DNA from: Podarcis pityusensis
Lineage: Eukaryota
NCBI GenBank assembly: GCA_964106645.2
Contig: OZ078259.1
DNA: 64,000 bases
Strand: one strand, 5' to 3'
Shown here: one piece after another, positions 37,171 through 50,316 of the stretch
How positions within the stretch are numbered: position 1 is the first letter of the stretch
Layout: each line of letters starts with the position of its first letter
The notes under the pieces: model-generated
Databases searched by the model: none
What the model was told of the DNA's origin: nothing
Seen by the model: only the letters and a program-made list of their open reading frames with translations
Program-made: the position numbers and the translations under genes

Positions 37171-39628
37171 GTTTCTGCTGCCCTGCTCCCTCATCCATCA
37201 TTTCTGGAGTACAATGGGGGTAAGAAGGCGCTGAGGTAGGGTGGGGCGTAGAATGATTCTGGTTTCCTATAAATCTGGTCCTGTCCCCTACATTTTACTG
37301 CAATACAGCGCCTGTGAGTATAAGCCCTCTGAATTGTGTTATGTGCCGTTTATTGACAGATAAATAGGTTGTGTTCATATGTAAGTATTGAGGCACAATT
37401 GAATCTTCAAAAAGGGGTTATTCCTCATCACTTCTGGGGGTGGCCATGACATTCCTGTTTTGGAGCTCTGTTTGCTTTTAAGACGGGTGAAAGTGCAAGG
37501 CAAGTGGAGGAAGAAATAGTGTTTTGCTAGGATAAAGGGGGACTCATTCTACAGAGGAGTTGTGCGGGTGTAGCTGAGACTGCTGAGCTTTTCAGACACC
37601 ATCCTGGTTGTGAGTCTTGGGGGACCTGCTCCCTGCCTTTCAGATCTTTTCCACCTTGCCTAGGAGGGCTGGGCCCTGACTGACTGCAGCTTTGAAAGCT
37701 GAGGCAGCTGAACAGACCTTTAGGTTGGGGTATTGTTTAGCTGGTTTCAGTTCTGTTATTTCCGCATTTGTAAAAAATGTTTTAAATTGTTATTCTTTTA
37801 CCTTGTATGCTTCTAAATCTGAGCTTTTTATGGGATGTGCCTCAGAAAAGAGGAGCTGGAGAGGTCCCAATCACAGTGGTTCAGGGTAGGGGGAGGTATG
37901 GTGTGGGAGGTGGGGCAGGCCAGGTAAGGGGCACATGGCACAGACAGATGGTGGCTGTGCCGTGTGCCAGTCCCATCTCCAACCTGGGGAATTGGCTTGA
38001 AATCAAGCTTCTTGAAGAAAAGTTGAGTGCTTATGCCAGCAAGCCCCACTTTTGACAAGAAGCCACATCTTCCCTTGCCCCACACATGTTAGGAGTAGGA
38101 CAGGTGAGCACTACTGGCAGGGGAACATGGTCTTGTGGGCCAAGTAAGGGGCCCTGACAGAACTAACTCGAGCAGCTGCTTTTCCTTTCAAAGGCCCTGA
38201 GGTTAGTCTCTGTCATTGCCACTTAAAAATGGTCAAGTAATAAGTCATGGAGTGACAACTCTGCCAGCCAACCAGTTCTCAACGCTCGGAAAAGCTCAGA
38301 GGTGGAGTATCTGTTTTATTTGCAAAAGGCCCTGCATTTGGTTCCTGGATTCTCCAAATAAGGTCTGGACCAGGCCCCTTTCTGAAGCTTAGAGAGCCCC
38401 TGGATATTAGTGCAGGCCATTTGAGAACTTTGGTCTCTGGAGCCCAATGTGTGTTGCTTTACTTATTTCAAAACGTGGTATGCTATCCCTGCTGCATGTG
38501 GGAATGGTGGAATGGTGTGGGTGGGTGGCTCATATTCTGAATCCTAGAGTTCTGCCCCCGGCATCCAATCCTGATGATATCACTGATACGCAGTCTTATC
38601 AATTTGATGTATGCCAGCTAGGATTATCACTGAGCAGGGCAAAGATGAGCTGTATTGGGGGGGGGGCAGTTAGCTCTTACAGCAACTAAGGACCTAAATT
38701 TGAGCTTAGGTACCCTGTTGTATCAAAACATAGTAAGAAAGGATGTTTTCATCACAGGTGTTAGTGCATGAGACTATAGCCACGTAAAAGTGCCACCTAA
38801 AGGATCCATGGCTGGTTTGAGCTTTTCTCTTGCAGCCCATTTCCGAGGCCAGTGTTCAACATCAAGCATGATAGCTGCAGTAACTGTCAGTTTACTGCCT
38901 GTTTACCTAGGCAAATTGACCATTAAAATGCTGCAAAGTTGCATTTTCCTCTAGTTACCTAAAATATATATAAAGCAATTGCTCCCAAACCACAGCCATT
39001 TAATTTCTTTCCTATGGATAGGAGGGGCCCCCTAAACCATTGTAATGTAGAATCATAAAACTTCCTACTGTGTTATAGAAGCCATTTCCAAACTGATTTA
39101 TTCTAAATGAGTTGTTATAATCAGACTTTCCCTTTTCTTGCAGGCATCAGTGTTTTAGGAAAGCCAAAGCCCAGATGCTCCCATACTTCACACTGATTAC
39201 TTATCAATGCCATTTCCCAAATGAGGTCTTTGGCTTGCAGTATTGTCAGTAGGGGATGGATGGTGGTCGGTTGCAGGAATAAGAAATAGGAATGAATTAT
39301 TTGCTGCTTCATGACACAGTTCCTAGAGTGAAGGAGCCTTTCCAGAAGGAGGCAGCACCAGAGCAAATGCAAAGCTGGAAAAACTGCCTGAGAACAAGCG
39401 TGAGGAAGGGGCTGCTGTTTTGGCCTCCCCACCCCAATTGGCAACTTTTGCATTTTAAAAAAAAACCCAACTCTGTGAATATTTGGTTGCATTTTTTTTC
39501 TTTTGGGACTGTGGAACTGTCCCCTAATTGGTGCTGAACAACTGCAGCTACAACTGCTGGTTTGGTGGAATCATGGAACTGGTTACTCATCCTGTTTAAT
39601 GCCAAATCTGTAGACTGGGAAATGTTGG

Positions 39629-39663
<35 letters not shown>

Positions 39664-39974
39664 TAATTAATTAACTCACCTACATTTTTCCATGTACCTT
39701 TCCCTGCTGTTGAAGTGGAGAGAACTCTCTTAAACAAATAAGTGCCCCTACCTTAGAAACACTGCCTAGTGCAGCTCTTCCTCGTAGCCATGGAGCTTTA
39801 TCTTATTTCCTTTACTGCTGGATTTGCCTGGGAGAAGTGTGAAATCTAAAATGTGTGGGTCCCTTAAATCATATTCATGAAAATCTGGCATAATACTTTT
39901 ATCCCTGGCCACCGGCCATACTGGCTGCAGGGTCTGAGAAGAGCTAAGAGTCCATCAACATTTGTAGAGCTGCT

Positions 39975-39975
<1 letters not shown>

Positions 39976-40016
<41 letters not shown>

Positions 40017-40017
40017 T
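39976..40017. repeat. (TAA)n microsatellite
   Basis: Direct read; a (TTA)n run also lies at 39632-39663. Confidence 0.95.
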
Positions 40018-40263
40018 AAAAAATAACTTTATTTATACCCCACCCTCCCCAGCCGAAGCCGGGCTCAGGGTGGCTAACAACAATAAAATAGTACAACATA
40101 GATATTCCCTAGCCCTGGGTCACAGGGAGACTCAACCTCTTGGTTTCTTAGCACTGGGGATCACTTCTTCCCACCCTGCCATCTCATCTGTGGCAATTGC
40201 AACAGCAGTGTACAGAATGCTGGCACTCAAGTGTGATGACTTAATGCTTCCCCACATCATTTT

Positions 40264-40625
40264 CATAGAATCATAGCTGTGGAGTTGGAAGGGACCTCAA
40301 GGATCACCTAATGCAGGCACCCCAAAACTCAGCCCTCCAGATGTTTTGGGACTACAGTTCCCATCATCCCTGACCATTGGTCCTGTTAGCTAGGGATCAT
40401 GGGAGTTGTAGCCCCAAAACATCTGGATGGCCGAGTCTGGGGATGCCTGACCTAATGCAACCACCTGCAATGCAGGAATCACAGCTAAAGCATCCCTGAC
40501 AAATGGTCATTCAACCTCTGTTTAGAAACCACCAATGAAGGGGAGTCCACCCCCTTCCTAGGAAATCCTTTCCATTGTCAAAGAGCTCTTACCATCAGAA
40601 AGTTCTTCCTTATGTTTAATCAGAA
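40264..40625 (-). mobile_element. CR1 LINE 3' fragment interrupted by a hAT MITE
   Basis: catagaatcatag...gttggaagggacc CR1 tail (reverse complement); continues after the MITE. Confidence 0.75.
40314..40449. mobile_element. Palindromic hAT (Charlie-type) MITE
   Basis: TIR CAGGCACCCC / GGGGATGCCTG, largely self-complementary, perfect 8-bp TSD ACCTAATG (40306-40313, 40450-40457). Confidence 0.9.
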
Positions 40626-41809
40626 TCAGTTGTGTGCTGTAAGCTCGGGCTGTACATATATTCTGTTAATTGTAAAAACTGTTCTGGAATAGAGGCAGGG
40701 CTTCTCCTTCACTTCTTGTCCTCTTCTTCATGGAAGAGTCCATAAACTGGTTTCTAGGGGAGAGAAGGAGAGGTATTTAAAGTTTGCTGACATATTTGGT
40801 AGAATGCAGGAAGTCATAAAAAAGAAGTCGTTTGGGAAGCAGCTCTTGAGAGGTGGTACTAATGAACCACATCTCCCAAATCTCTTTTTGAAAACAAAAA
40901 CGGCAAGAAGTGATCAAGGGAAATTTGTGGGCTTAAGGTGGTTCCCAGGAAATTTGTAGGAGAAGCAAAATAATCTGGGTATTGTGGGAAGCCACATATT
41001 ATCAGCAACTGATTTTATCCCATATTGTTTTTTTCCCTTTGTGTTAGCTGTCCTTGCAGGCTGAAGGTGTGGGGTAAAATTTATGGGGGAAATTGAAATA
41101 AAAACCCAGTTGTACAGTTAACAGCATAACCAAATAATGGTTGACTTCCCAACCCTAAAGAAAATGCCTTGTTTTACTAAAGTTAAACATTCAACAGGGC
41201 AATGAATTTGCCCAGTGTGGGAATTGTTGATGGACTCAGTTGGGGCCCCCTGAAAAAAAGGGAGAGGAGCTTTATGACAAGGGTGAGGAGCACCTGCGAG
41301 CCTCCAAATGTGGCTGCGCTTTGGAGCCCCCATCAGCAGTGGCTAGGGGGAAGGGGTGAGGGGATTGGTCAGCCTCCCACAACCACTGGAGGGCCAGAGA
41401 TCCCATCCTGCCCTCCACTCTTCTAACTTTCCCTTACCAGGCAGGAAAAAGCAAACCAAAGCTACATCCACACTATGCACTGAAAACGTTATGAGACCAC
41501 TTTAAAGAGCCATGGCTCCCCCCAAACCAAGATTTCTGGGAACTGTAGTTCGGGAGTTAGGATATTGCCCCCATTCCCCCTTCCCAGGGTTGCAAATTGC
41601 AGAGTGGTTTAGCAATCAATCCCTTTTCGCAAGGAACTCCGGGAATTGTAGCTGTAGAGCCTCCTAACCATCCTCAGCATCTTAAACAAATTAAAGTTCC
41701 TAGTACAGTATTCTTTTCTTTTTCGGGGGAGGGGGGAGCAGAACCACGATTGGTTTAAACTTTAAAGCAATATGAAAACCAGTTTAACGCATGTCATGGA
41801 TGTACTCCA

Positions 41810-42500
41810 AAGGCCCAGCAGGCCTCGGACTTTTCCTCTCCGTTGCTAGGTAACCGCTTCCCGGCTCGCACTTCCACCTTGGAGGCTGCGGCGGATTGGC
41901 GCCCTGCGATGATGCCATCGGCCCTCGCGACTCTTTCCTCGCCGCTGGCTCAAAGTAAGGAAGGCAAGAAGACGGAGCGGACGAGAGTCAGCTAAGTCGT
42001 GGTGCCGCCGCCGCCCGTCCCTCCCTCTCCTGAGAGTGTGAGGCGGGAGGATCCCGATAATGCTTGGAGGCGGGGCGGTCCCGACGGCGATGGTGTTTCA
42101 GCCCCTTGAGGGAGTTCAGGGCGCTGCACGTGGACCCGCTGCCCTCCTCCCCGTAGTGATAATCCCCACAACAGCCCTGCGGAGTAGGCTGGGCGGATTC
42201 GTTGGGGCTCGCCCGCTTTCTGCCTGCCTCGCCCCATTCGCCGCCCCTCTCACCCCCACGCAGCCAAACAAACGGGTGAATTGGATGACCGGCCCTTTGG
42301 GCAGCCTGGAAGAATTGAGGCCGCCTGCCTCATGCACGGCAAAAAAATGCCCCTGCCTGGCGACTGCTGATGACTGAGCTGCTCTGTGGGACAGCTTCCC
42401 AGCGCACCAGCCATGGGGTCACCAGAGCACCAGCCATGCTCCTGCTGTTGCTGAGTTTCCTTCCTTTGCCCTGTTCGCCCGTGTGAATGTCGGGCTTAAG
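41810..42500. promoter_or_regulatory. Orphan CpG island with RFX X-box and CCAAT box
   Basis: CpG-dense non-repeat block; GTTGCTAGGTAAC at 41842-41854; GATTGG at 41894-41899; TCGCGA at 41926-41931. Confidence 0.7.
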
Positions 42501-43811
42501 GAAGGCGCTGCAGAGGGTGGCAGGAAGGATCTCTGGTTTGGTTAGTGGTAGAGCGTGGTCTGCAGGTAGCATCTCCCCCAGGTAGGGCTGGAATCTTGCC
42601 TGAAGCCCCGGAGAATTGCTGCCAGTCCATGCAGGTGGGCAAGGCGGGTCAATGGTCTGACCGTGTTTTTGCCACCTTCCTATGTGTGACAGCTGACAGA
42701 GAAGCACGAGACATCGTTTAGGTAAAATTTTTAGGTAAATTCAGATGGAAGACCTTTGTAGGAATAGACGGTGCTTTTTTATAGGGGTACTCAAGAGTAC
42801 GCAGTACTGGCACCATTTTTTTCTAGAAGAAAAGCATTGGTTAAAAGTGTGGCACTTACTGTAACAACATGGTAAGTACCAGCTTTACATAAAAGGTATA
42901 AGAGATTTTAGACTGATGTCTGTGTTTCATAGTGGCAGGCAGGGCCTATCCTGTGGAAGCAAAGTAGCTTCAGAAATTGTTTGTGCTCAGCTGTGTTGTC
43001 TGGAAGAAAGGATGCCTTATGTTTGAAAGTTGTTACGATTTCATAGAAGCTGTGTGCTCTATCCCAACAGCATTCATTTCACAATTTAAAAATAGGGAAA
43101 TGCTACCAGTGCCGTGCCATTTCATGTACTCTTTGCTGTTGCTGCTGTCTGGGCCCCCTCCTTGGCAGGTGGTGACTGTATGTTGAACAAGCCACAGCTA
43201 GACCCACTTGCAGCAGTTGAGAATTCAAATCAAGTTGTGGCTACATGTGAGACTTAGAGGGACTGACTTAAAACAGATCTCCCTGTCAACTTTGTGAAGC
43301 ATCCTATTTCATCCCTGAGCTTGCAGCAAATGCATGTTAATGCTAAGCCACTGTGGCTTTAGCAAGCATCTCTGCCCATGTGAATGGTTAATAATATTGT
43401 TAATATTAATATTGTCTGTAGTGTCAGGAAAGCCCCAGGAAGGCCCGGAAGACTTTCTTGGGAGCAGTGGGAGCTGTGCTTACAATTCTCTGAAATGGTG
43501 CAAGCATTTTCTAGCACAGCCATCAATAATGGCATGAATATGTATGATGTTGCATTAAAATGATGCCCATGAATAAATTAAGCATAGGCAGATGACTTAT
43601 GAAGGAAATTGTATCAAACTGTAGCAATTGTTAGGCATATTTCTTCCTTGGAGACTTTTGTTTTCTTGGAAGTTCTCAGGTTTCTCTTTGGGAAGAACTT
43701 TCCATTACCGGAGGGAGGGGTTCACCATTGAAAAGGTCTTTTCTGCAGGAATCACCCATTGCACCTCACTCAGGTCTCCCTTTGTTTTTAAGGACACCTA
43801 CATCATAAGAC

Positions 43812-44160
43812 GGAACACAGGTGGCACTGTGGGTTAAACCACAGAGCCTAGGGCTTGCCGATCAGAGGGTCGGCGGTTCAAATCCCCGCAACAGGGTGAG
43901 CTCCCGTTGCTCTGTCCCTGCTCCTGCCAACCTAGCAGTTCGAAATTATGAAGTGCAAGTAGATGAATAGGTACCGCTCCGGTGGGAAGGTAAATGGCAT
44001 TTCCGTGTGCTGCTCTGGTTCGCCAGAAGCAGCTAAGTCATGCTGGCCACATGACCCGGAAGCTGTACGCCGGGTCCCTCGGCCAGTAAAGCGAGATGAG
44101 TGCTGCAACCCCAGAGTCGTCCGCGACTGGACCTAATGGTCAGGGGTCCCTTTACCTTTG
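43812..44160 (+). mobile_element. Full-length Sauria SINE
   Basis: tRNA-like head with GGTTCAAATCC B box, CCTTTACCTTT tail, TSD CATCATAAGAC (43801-43811, 44161-44171). Confidence 0.92.
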
Positions 44161-46196
44161 CATCATAAGACCAGGCCAGCTTCTCAGATTAGAAGCCACA
44201 GTCACAGAGTAGCAAGGACACATCCTCAGCCAGAGGAACCCCAGCAGTCCGGCTGATGTAGCTGTGATTCCTGCATTGCAGGGGGTTGGACTAGATGGCT
44301 CTTTGAATCACTTGCAACACTATAGTTCTGATTCTGTGACTCCTAACTGCACTGAGAACATTTTAAGCTACTTGCTGCTATGCAAAGGTTAACTGGTTGC
44401 TGCAGCATTTAGAAATATAGTGGTGGAGAGGAGACGAACGGAGTAGACTGTTTGCAGGCTGGAAATGAATAACTGATTCATTGGTGGTAGTAAATGAGCC
44501 TTGATCTGATTTTAAGTGCACTGACAGTAGAATTTATTTTGCATTTAATTGCTTTCTTAAGCTGCTGAGGATGAGGTGGTTTTTAACCAAAAAATTACAT
44601 AGGTTCCCACCAAATCATCTCAAATGGGCAGAAGACTTAATTATATTTATTGGGTTAAAAAAAAGCAAGCAAGCCCTAGAGCACTGTGTATAACTGGAAT
44701 TGGTAGGTTTTTTTGGTCATTTTTACCATAGCTTATATCACCTCTTTCTCTTCCCACTTCCCATTTTTCAGCAATGGAAGTACAGTAGCTGTGATTCCCA
44801 TGCCATATAAACCATCTTGATTCGTTATTAAATTCTTTTTATTAATCTAAAGCACTACAAAGAATTTGAATGGCTAAATCAGGTGCTCAATAGTCATTTC
44901 CTCTCTGCTGTAGCGCTATAAATATGAGACTCATTTACGAGCCTGAGATGCCAGATGAGAAGGGTTCTGTCGGCCTTCATCTTTATTGCTTTGTGTTACG
45001 GCAAAATGGGGAAGAGGCCCCCCCCCCCCGATAAAACATGCCATAATGCACACTCTCTTTCTAGGTTCTTAAGTAAAATGCAAGCCCCCTCAGAAAGCTC
45101 CCTACCTCCTCGTGGCATTGGGGAAAACAAGACCTGTCCTTTGTGGGGTTCGGTTGCTGAAAATGGGATCTGGGCAGGAACAGCACAGTCTATTAAGCTG
45201 TTTTTAAAATACTTTGAGAGTTAGTCCATCCATGCAGGGACTCCTGAGATTCTGTCCCATAAAGAGGGAGAAGAGGCAGTGCAAAATGGATTCCCCTCTA
45301 ATAGCCAGCTCAGGTGGTTGGAGGCCAAGAGGAATAGAACACCAGGTTGAAGAGGAAAGTATCCACATGCCGAAGTAAGCTGCAAGACATGCAATGGAAA
45401 AAAGGAGGCATTGAGGATGGGCCGAAATTCCTGTTTGAAATCCTTACACAATTTGCTAGCAGCCTGGGGGGAGGCCATAAGGACCTGGGGTGCTGTGCAA
45501 GAGCTGAACTCTTCTCAGGGGATGAGGATACGCTGCACCCTTTTTGTTGCAGGTCCCCTTTCTGCTCATAGTGACACTGACTTTCCCAGTCCAGCTCAGA
45601 GTAACTGAGGCCATAGCATCTATCTGTTTGTTTAAATTTATGCCCCTTGATTGCTTTAAACAAAACAAAAAGCAATTACCAAAAAGATAAAACATTAAAA
45701 TCCAGGAAAAAAATACAACAATACTTTAAACCATACAAAAGTTAAAATACAAAAACAGATTAAAATTCACATCAGCTTTCTAAGCATATGGACAGGCTTA
45801 TCAAAACAGGAATTCTTTTAGCAGTCACCAAAGGAATACCGGGAAAGCACCAGCTTGATATTAAGATACAGGGAGTTCCAAAGTACAGGTGCTTCCACAC
45901 TAAATGAATGAGTTCTTACAAATGCAGACTGGGTATGGAATTCTGTTCAGGGGTGGGAATCACAAGGGTCCTCTAGTCCGACACGCTGCAATGCAAGGAT
46001 CTTTTGCCCGATGTGGGGCTCAAACCCATCACCTTCAGATGTCTCATGTTCTATGAACTAAGTTATCTCAGTGGAACAGACTCCCTTGGAAGGTGATGGT
46101 CTCTAGTTCACTGGAGGATTTTAATCCGAGATTGAGTGGCCACCTGTCAGGGATGCTTTAGCCATGATTCCTGCATTGCAGGGGGTTGGACTAAAT

Positions 46197-47555
46197 CAGT
46201 GTTTCCCAACTCGGGGCCATACGGCCCCCTGGGAGCCCCCAGGATATTCCAAGGGGGCCACAGGTGGAAATCCCGTAAATGGGGGTGGGGTACAGCACAA
46301 GGCTAGGGGGCCACAGAGGGAAATGAGAAGTAAAGGGGGAAATCGTTTTTTTTTTTTTTTTTAATCCTGATTGACTGGCTATCTGCTTGGCCAATCACAA
46401 GTTGGCAAGAGGGTGGCCAACCAGGTCCTAATGCTCCTTTTTGCCACATGGGTTTTCTTGGAGCAGTCCTGGTTTGTTTCTGGAGGGAGAAGGTGATTGC
46501 TGAGCCTCCCATTTTGACCAGTAGAGCCTGCTGTCCAGAACCCCCAGGTCAGGTGAGTGCAGTGGTGGGGCAGCAATTGATAGGGCTGGGCAAGCCGGAG
46601 CTGCTTGTTGGTGCTTCCAGTGCTGGATGCGGTGGCAGCCTGGGCCTCACTCTGCAAGGTGCAGGGTGCAATCCACCCCAGCACCTAGTGGATCAGGGCC
46701 TTCGGATGTTGCCAAGTGACGCAGGGCCCGTCGGCCTGGCTCTACAAGGCACCCGGTGAAATCCACCCCAGTGCCTAGTTGAGTGGGGTTATCTGGTGTT
46801 TCTGACTTGCATCTAGTAAATAACTAAGTCTACTCAAAAGAAAGCCACACCGAGTTCAGTGGGCCTTACTCCCAGGTAAGGGTGTGGGGGGCTATAGTGT
46901 TTTATCTAGGCAGCCAGGGCTTCTCTGAATGACGAGCTTTTTGCACCAAGTCAGCGAGGACCACTTTCTTTTTAAGATTCTCCCATATATACAGAACTCC
47001 CTGTGCACCTTTTGGACTGTATCTGTAGGTTTCCACCTCTGTGTCAAATAACTAGGGTCAATTAAGTATTGTTTACTTTTTTTAATACATAGAAGATGGG
47101 TCTCCCTCAGGAGGTTCTGGACTCAACTTCCTTGGTGGTTTCTAAGCAGAGGTTGGATGGGCATCTGTCATGGATGCTTTAGCAGAGTTTCCTACATTGC
47201 AGGGGGTTGCACTAGAAAGATGATTCTATGTTTTTCTGTTTCAACAATGTTTCATTTTGTTTCTATCATTTTATGTAATTGTATTTTGTATAAACTATAA
47301 AAAATATAAATATAACATGTTCTATTTACAAACAAAACATTTAAATAGCTAACTTTCTACCAGTAGGATGGAAGGTGGCATGGGTGTAGCCAGGATTTTT
47401 GTTAGGGGGGGCAGAACCTCAGATTTGTATTGATTTGTTACTTATGGGGGGCAGCTGCTCTCCCCTGCCCCCTTCAGCTATGTCCATGGGGTGGGCCACA
47501 GGAAGGAAACCAGGTTGGAAGGGAGCCATGGTCGGAAAAAGGTTGGGGAACACTG
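46197..47555. mobile_element. 1.36 kb non-autonomous hAT element inserted in a CR1 tail
   Basis: TIR CAGTGTTTCCCAAC / GTTGGGGAACACTG; perfect 8-bp TSD GACTAAAT (46189-46196, 47556-47563). Confidence 0.85.
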
Positions 47556-47945
47556 GACTAAATAGCCATCAGGATCTCTTCTAGCTCTACAGTTCTGTGA
47601 TTCTATTCTTCTATGTTCCTTCCAGAGGCAAACCATCTGTTTATACAACTTTTGTACTAGGACAGTAATGCTTTCTTCAGGTATTTTGAGTACATAGGCT
47701 TTAAGCATCTAAACCCAACTTTACCCAGTTAGGGCACACAGTTAAGCAAAGTAATGGAGCTGGGTCTGTAAAATACTGGAAATCAAGTGACGCTAGCCAC
47801 CCCATTAAGGAAACCATCAAGGAATAAACGGCACAGCAATAGGGCTTTATGAATATTTGGAAAAGACAAAAAAGAATTATCTCAATCCTCAAGATCATTC
47901 AAAGCTCAGTGCAAGGGTGGCTAGAGGTTTGCCTGATGAATCTGG

Positions 47946-48335
47946 GAGGAGGAGGAGAAGATGAAGAAGATGAAGAAGAAGAAGAAGAATTTATTATTTG
48001 TACCCCGCCCGTCCGGCTGGGTTTCCCCAGCCACTCTGGGCGGCTTCCAACAAAGATTAAAAATACATTAAAATGTCACACATTAAAAACTTCCCTAAAC
48101 AGGGCTGCCTTCAGATGTTTTCTAAATGTCAGGTAGTTGTTTATCTCTTTGACATCTGATGGGAGGGTGTTCCACAGGGCGGGTGCCACTACCGAGAAGG
48201 CCCTCTGCCTGGTTCCCTGTAGATTTGCTTCTCTCAGTGCGAGAACCGCCAGAACGCCCTTGGCGCTGGACCTCAGTGTCCCGGCAGAACGATGGGGGTG
48301 GAGACGCTCCTTCAGGTATACTGGGCTGAGGCCGT
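47946..48335 (-). mobile_element. L2-clade LINE 3' fragment with trinucleotide tail
   Basis: Minus-strand peptide PVYLKERL..TLRSS..RAFSVVAPALWNTLP..FRKHLKAALF; (GAA)n on + strand at the tail. Confidence 0.85.
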
Positions 48336-50259
48336 CGGAGCATAAACCAATCTGGCAGGTTGCATGGGGGAATGGCTTGTTCCCAGGAAAAACCCTCACC
48401 CCCACAAAAAAACCCTTCTCACCCTAGAAACATGGGGAAAGAAGTGTTGCAATGTTGAGGTCACATAACACTGTTTAGCAGCCACATTGCAGCACAGGTG
48501 AAAATAGCAACACCACATGCATGCCCCAGCCAACAATTTCCAGTGAAGGAAAGTGGTGGAACTGGAGCCCCTTTTCAAACCATCCACAGCATAATTTGTT
48601 ACCCTTTCCTGCTGCCCCCAAACTTCCTGTGGGGAAAGGGGAGGCCATAAGAATCCCAAGATGAGTCCCCTTCAGGAGTCAGGCTCCAGGTGCTACCTTG
48701 AACTGGCGCTTCTCAACCTGGCAACAAAGTTTTCAGTTCAGATCCCCAAAGCAGGGTGCCAGGAATCAAAATAGAAGTGTCTGGCTTTCTCCCATGGCTG
48801 CTGATGTCCCTTTGCTTTCATCAGCCTGGGAAAGGAGTTTTATTTGGCTGGGGAAGAGGGGCGGTCCTGGTCAGGAGCTGGTAGGCTGAATTGATGTCAG
48901 GGGAGTCCAGGTGTATTCATCTGACTTATTTTCTGCCTGCCTTGGAGTCGTGTGTCTCTTTGTTTGTGCCCACCCTGTACCTTGCATTGCAAGGGAAGTC
49001 AAGTTTGAATGAAATTCATTGCTTTAATTTGAAGTAAATAGGTAAAATGCAATAAAAGAAGTGTGTGTTGCACTTTCCAATTAAGTATTGTTGCTAATGG
49101 GAATCCATCAATCACAGCAGATGTTCTAAGCGGCTGCTACCCCCAAGACCCTCTCATTGCAAGGAGTTGGACTACATGACCCTTGGGGTCCCTTCCAACT
49201 CTAAAGTTCTGTGATTCTATGCGGTGGAGATGATTCAATCTTTTCTGGCTGGTGCTTCCAGCCCTCCTCTGCCCTCTTGTGGGGCTTTGTCATTTCTAGA
49301 GCATCACTAATCCATCACGAAGGATGGCTTTGCCTTTGCCTTTCTGTTCCTTCTAAATCAAATTGTCAAAACCTATTGTGAAAAAACACCTTTGAAATGT
49401 TTTCTGTTTCTGGGCGAGAATTGAGACTATGACACGAGTGGGATCCAACCTCCCCACACTCACTTTCTGCGGGTGTTCCAGTCAACCCTCCTTGGAGACA
49501 CCAGGGAGCAGGGTTAGAAACTCACAGCTAGGTCCCAAATGACTGCTTAAACCAAGGTTGTAGTCACCAAAATGGAATGTTTTGTTGTCATTTTTGGGCA
49601 AGACGGCTCTAAAGTCTTATTTTTCAAATGGTGGGCTGACTTTGATTGATTCTCAGTTAAACATCTGGCTAGTTTTGATGACAATCTTGAGCTAGGTTAA
49701 AAGCTCTGAGAACTTAAAGAAGAAAATTCACTTCATTCAGGGACAGTTCCTGTATATATTGACCTATTCCAAGCTCCTTTTCTTAATGGTGACTGTTCCT
49801 GCTCAGGCTGCACAGAAAAAGCAATTTGGTTCCAGAAATTCATTCCAATTATGCAGATAAAATATAACTGAAAGAATTCTACAGGATGGGATATTAGTGT
49901 GTGAAAATAATCCAGATCCAATGAGATATTGAGAGTCATCCTGGCACCCGGGCATCTTCACTTGGTCGCAAGTGGTCAAAATACAGGTGCAAAATGCAAC
50001 TGGAGCCTGGCTAATTTCGAACACTGCCAGGGAGTCAACCTCACTGGGCTTACTCTGGAGTAAACCTGGGTAGATATGTTCAGGGCACATGCAAAACTCT
50101 GGAGCAGAAAGTGGGAATTCTGTGTTTTGGGGAGCAGCTGGTGTTCTGTCTCTCTCTCTCTCACCCCCCCCCCCAAGACAGAAAAATACCTTGAGCTTTA
50201 GGCAATGTGGTTGCAAAACCAACTTCACCCAGCTCCCACCTCCACCCTGTACAATTTAT

Positions 50260-50316
50260 TACTACTGCTGCTGCTACTACTACTACTACTACTACTACTA
50301 ATAATAATAATAATAA
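50260..50316. repeat. Compound (TGC)n(TAC)n(TAA)n microsatellite
   Basis: Direct read. Confidence 0.93.

Noticed and set aside
41907-42035. Possible C/D snoRNA (ATGATG ... CTGA)
   Set aside because: Box C is imperfect, there is no terminal stem and no recognisable guide; better explained as promoter/5'UTR sequence.
42860-42880. Strong donor ATG|GTAAGT downstream of the orphan island
   Set aside because: It appears to lie in a decayed repeat fragment with no matching acceptor or exon that I can support.
48444-48495. 12-bp stem GTGTTGCAATGT/ACATTGCAGCAC as a pre-miRNA
   Set aside because: The stem is too short and the loop region unpaired; no known mature miRNA recognised.
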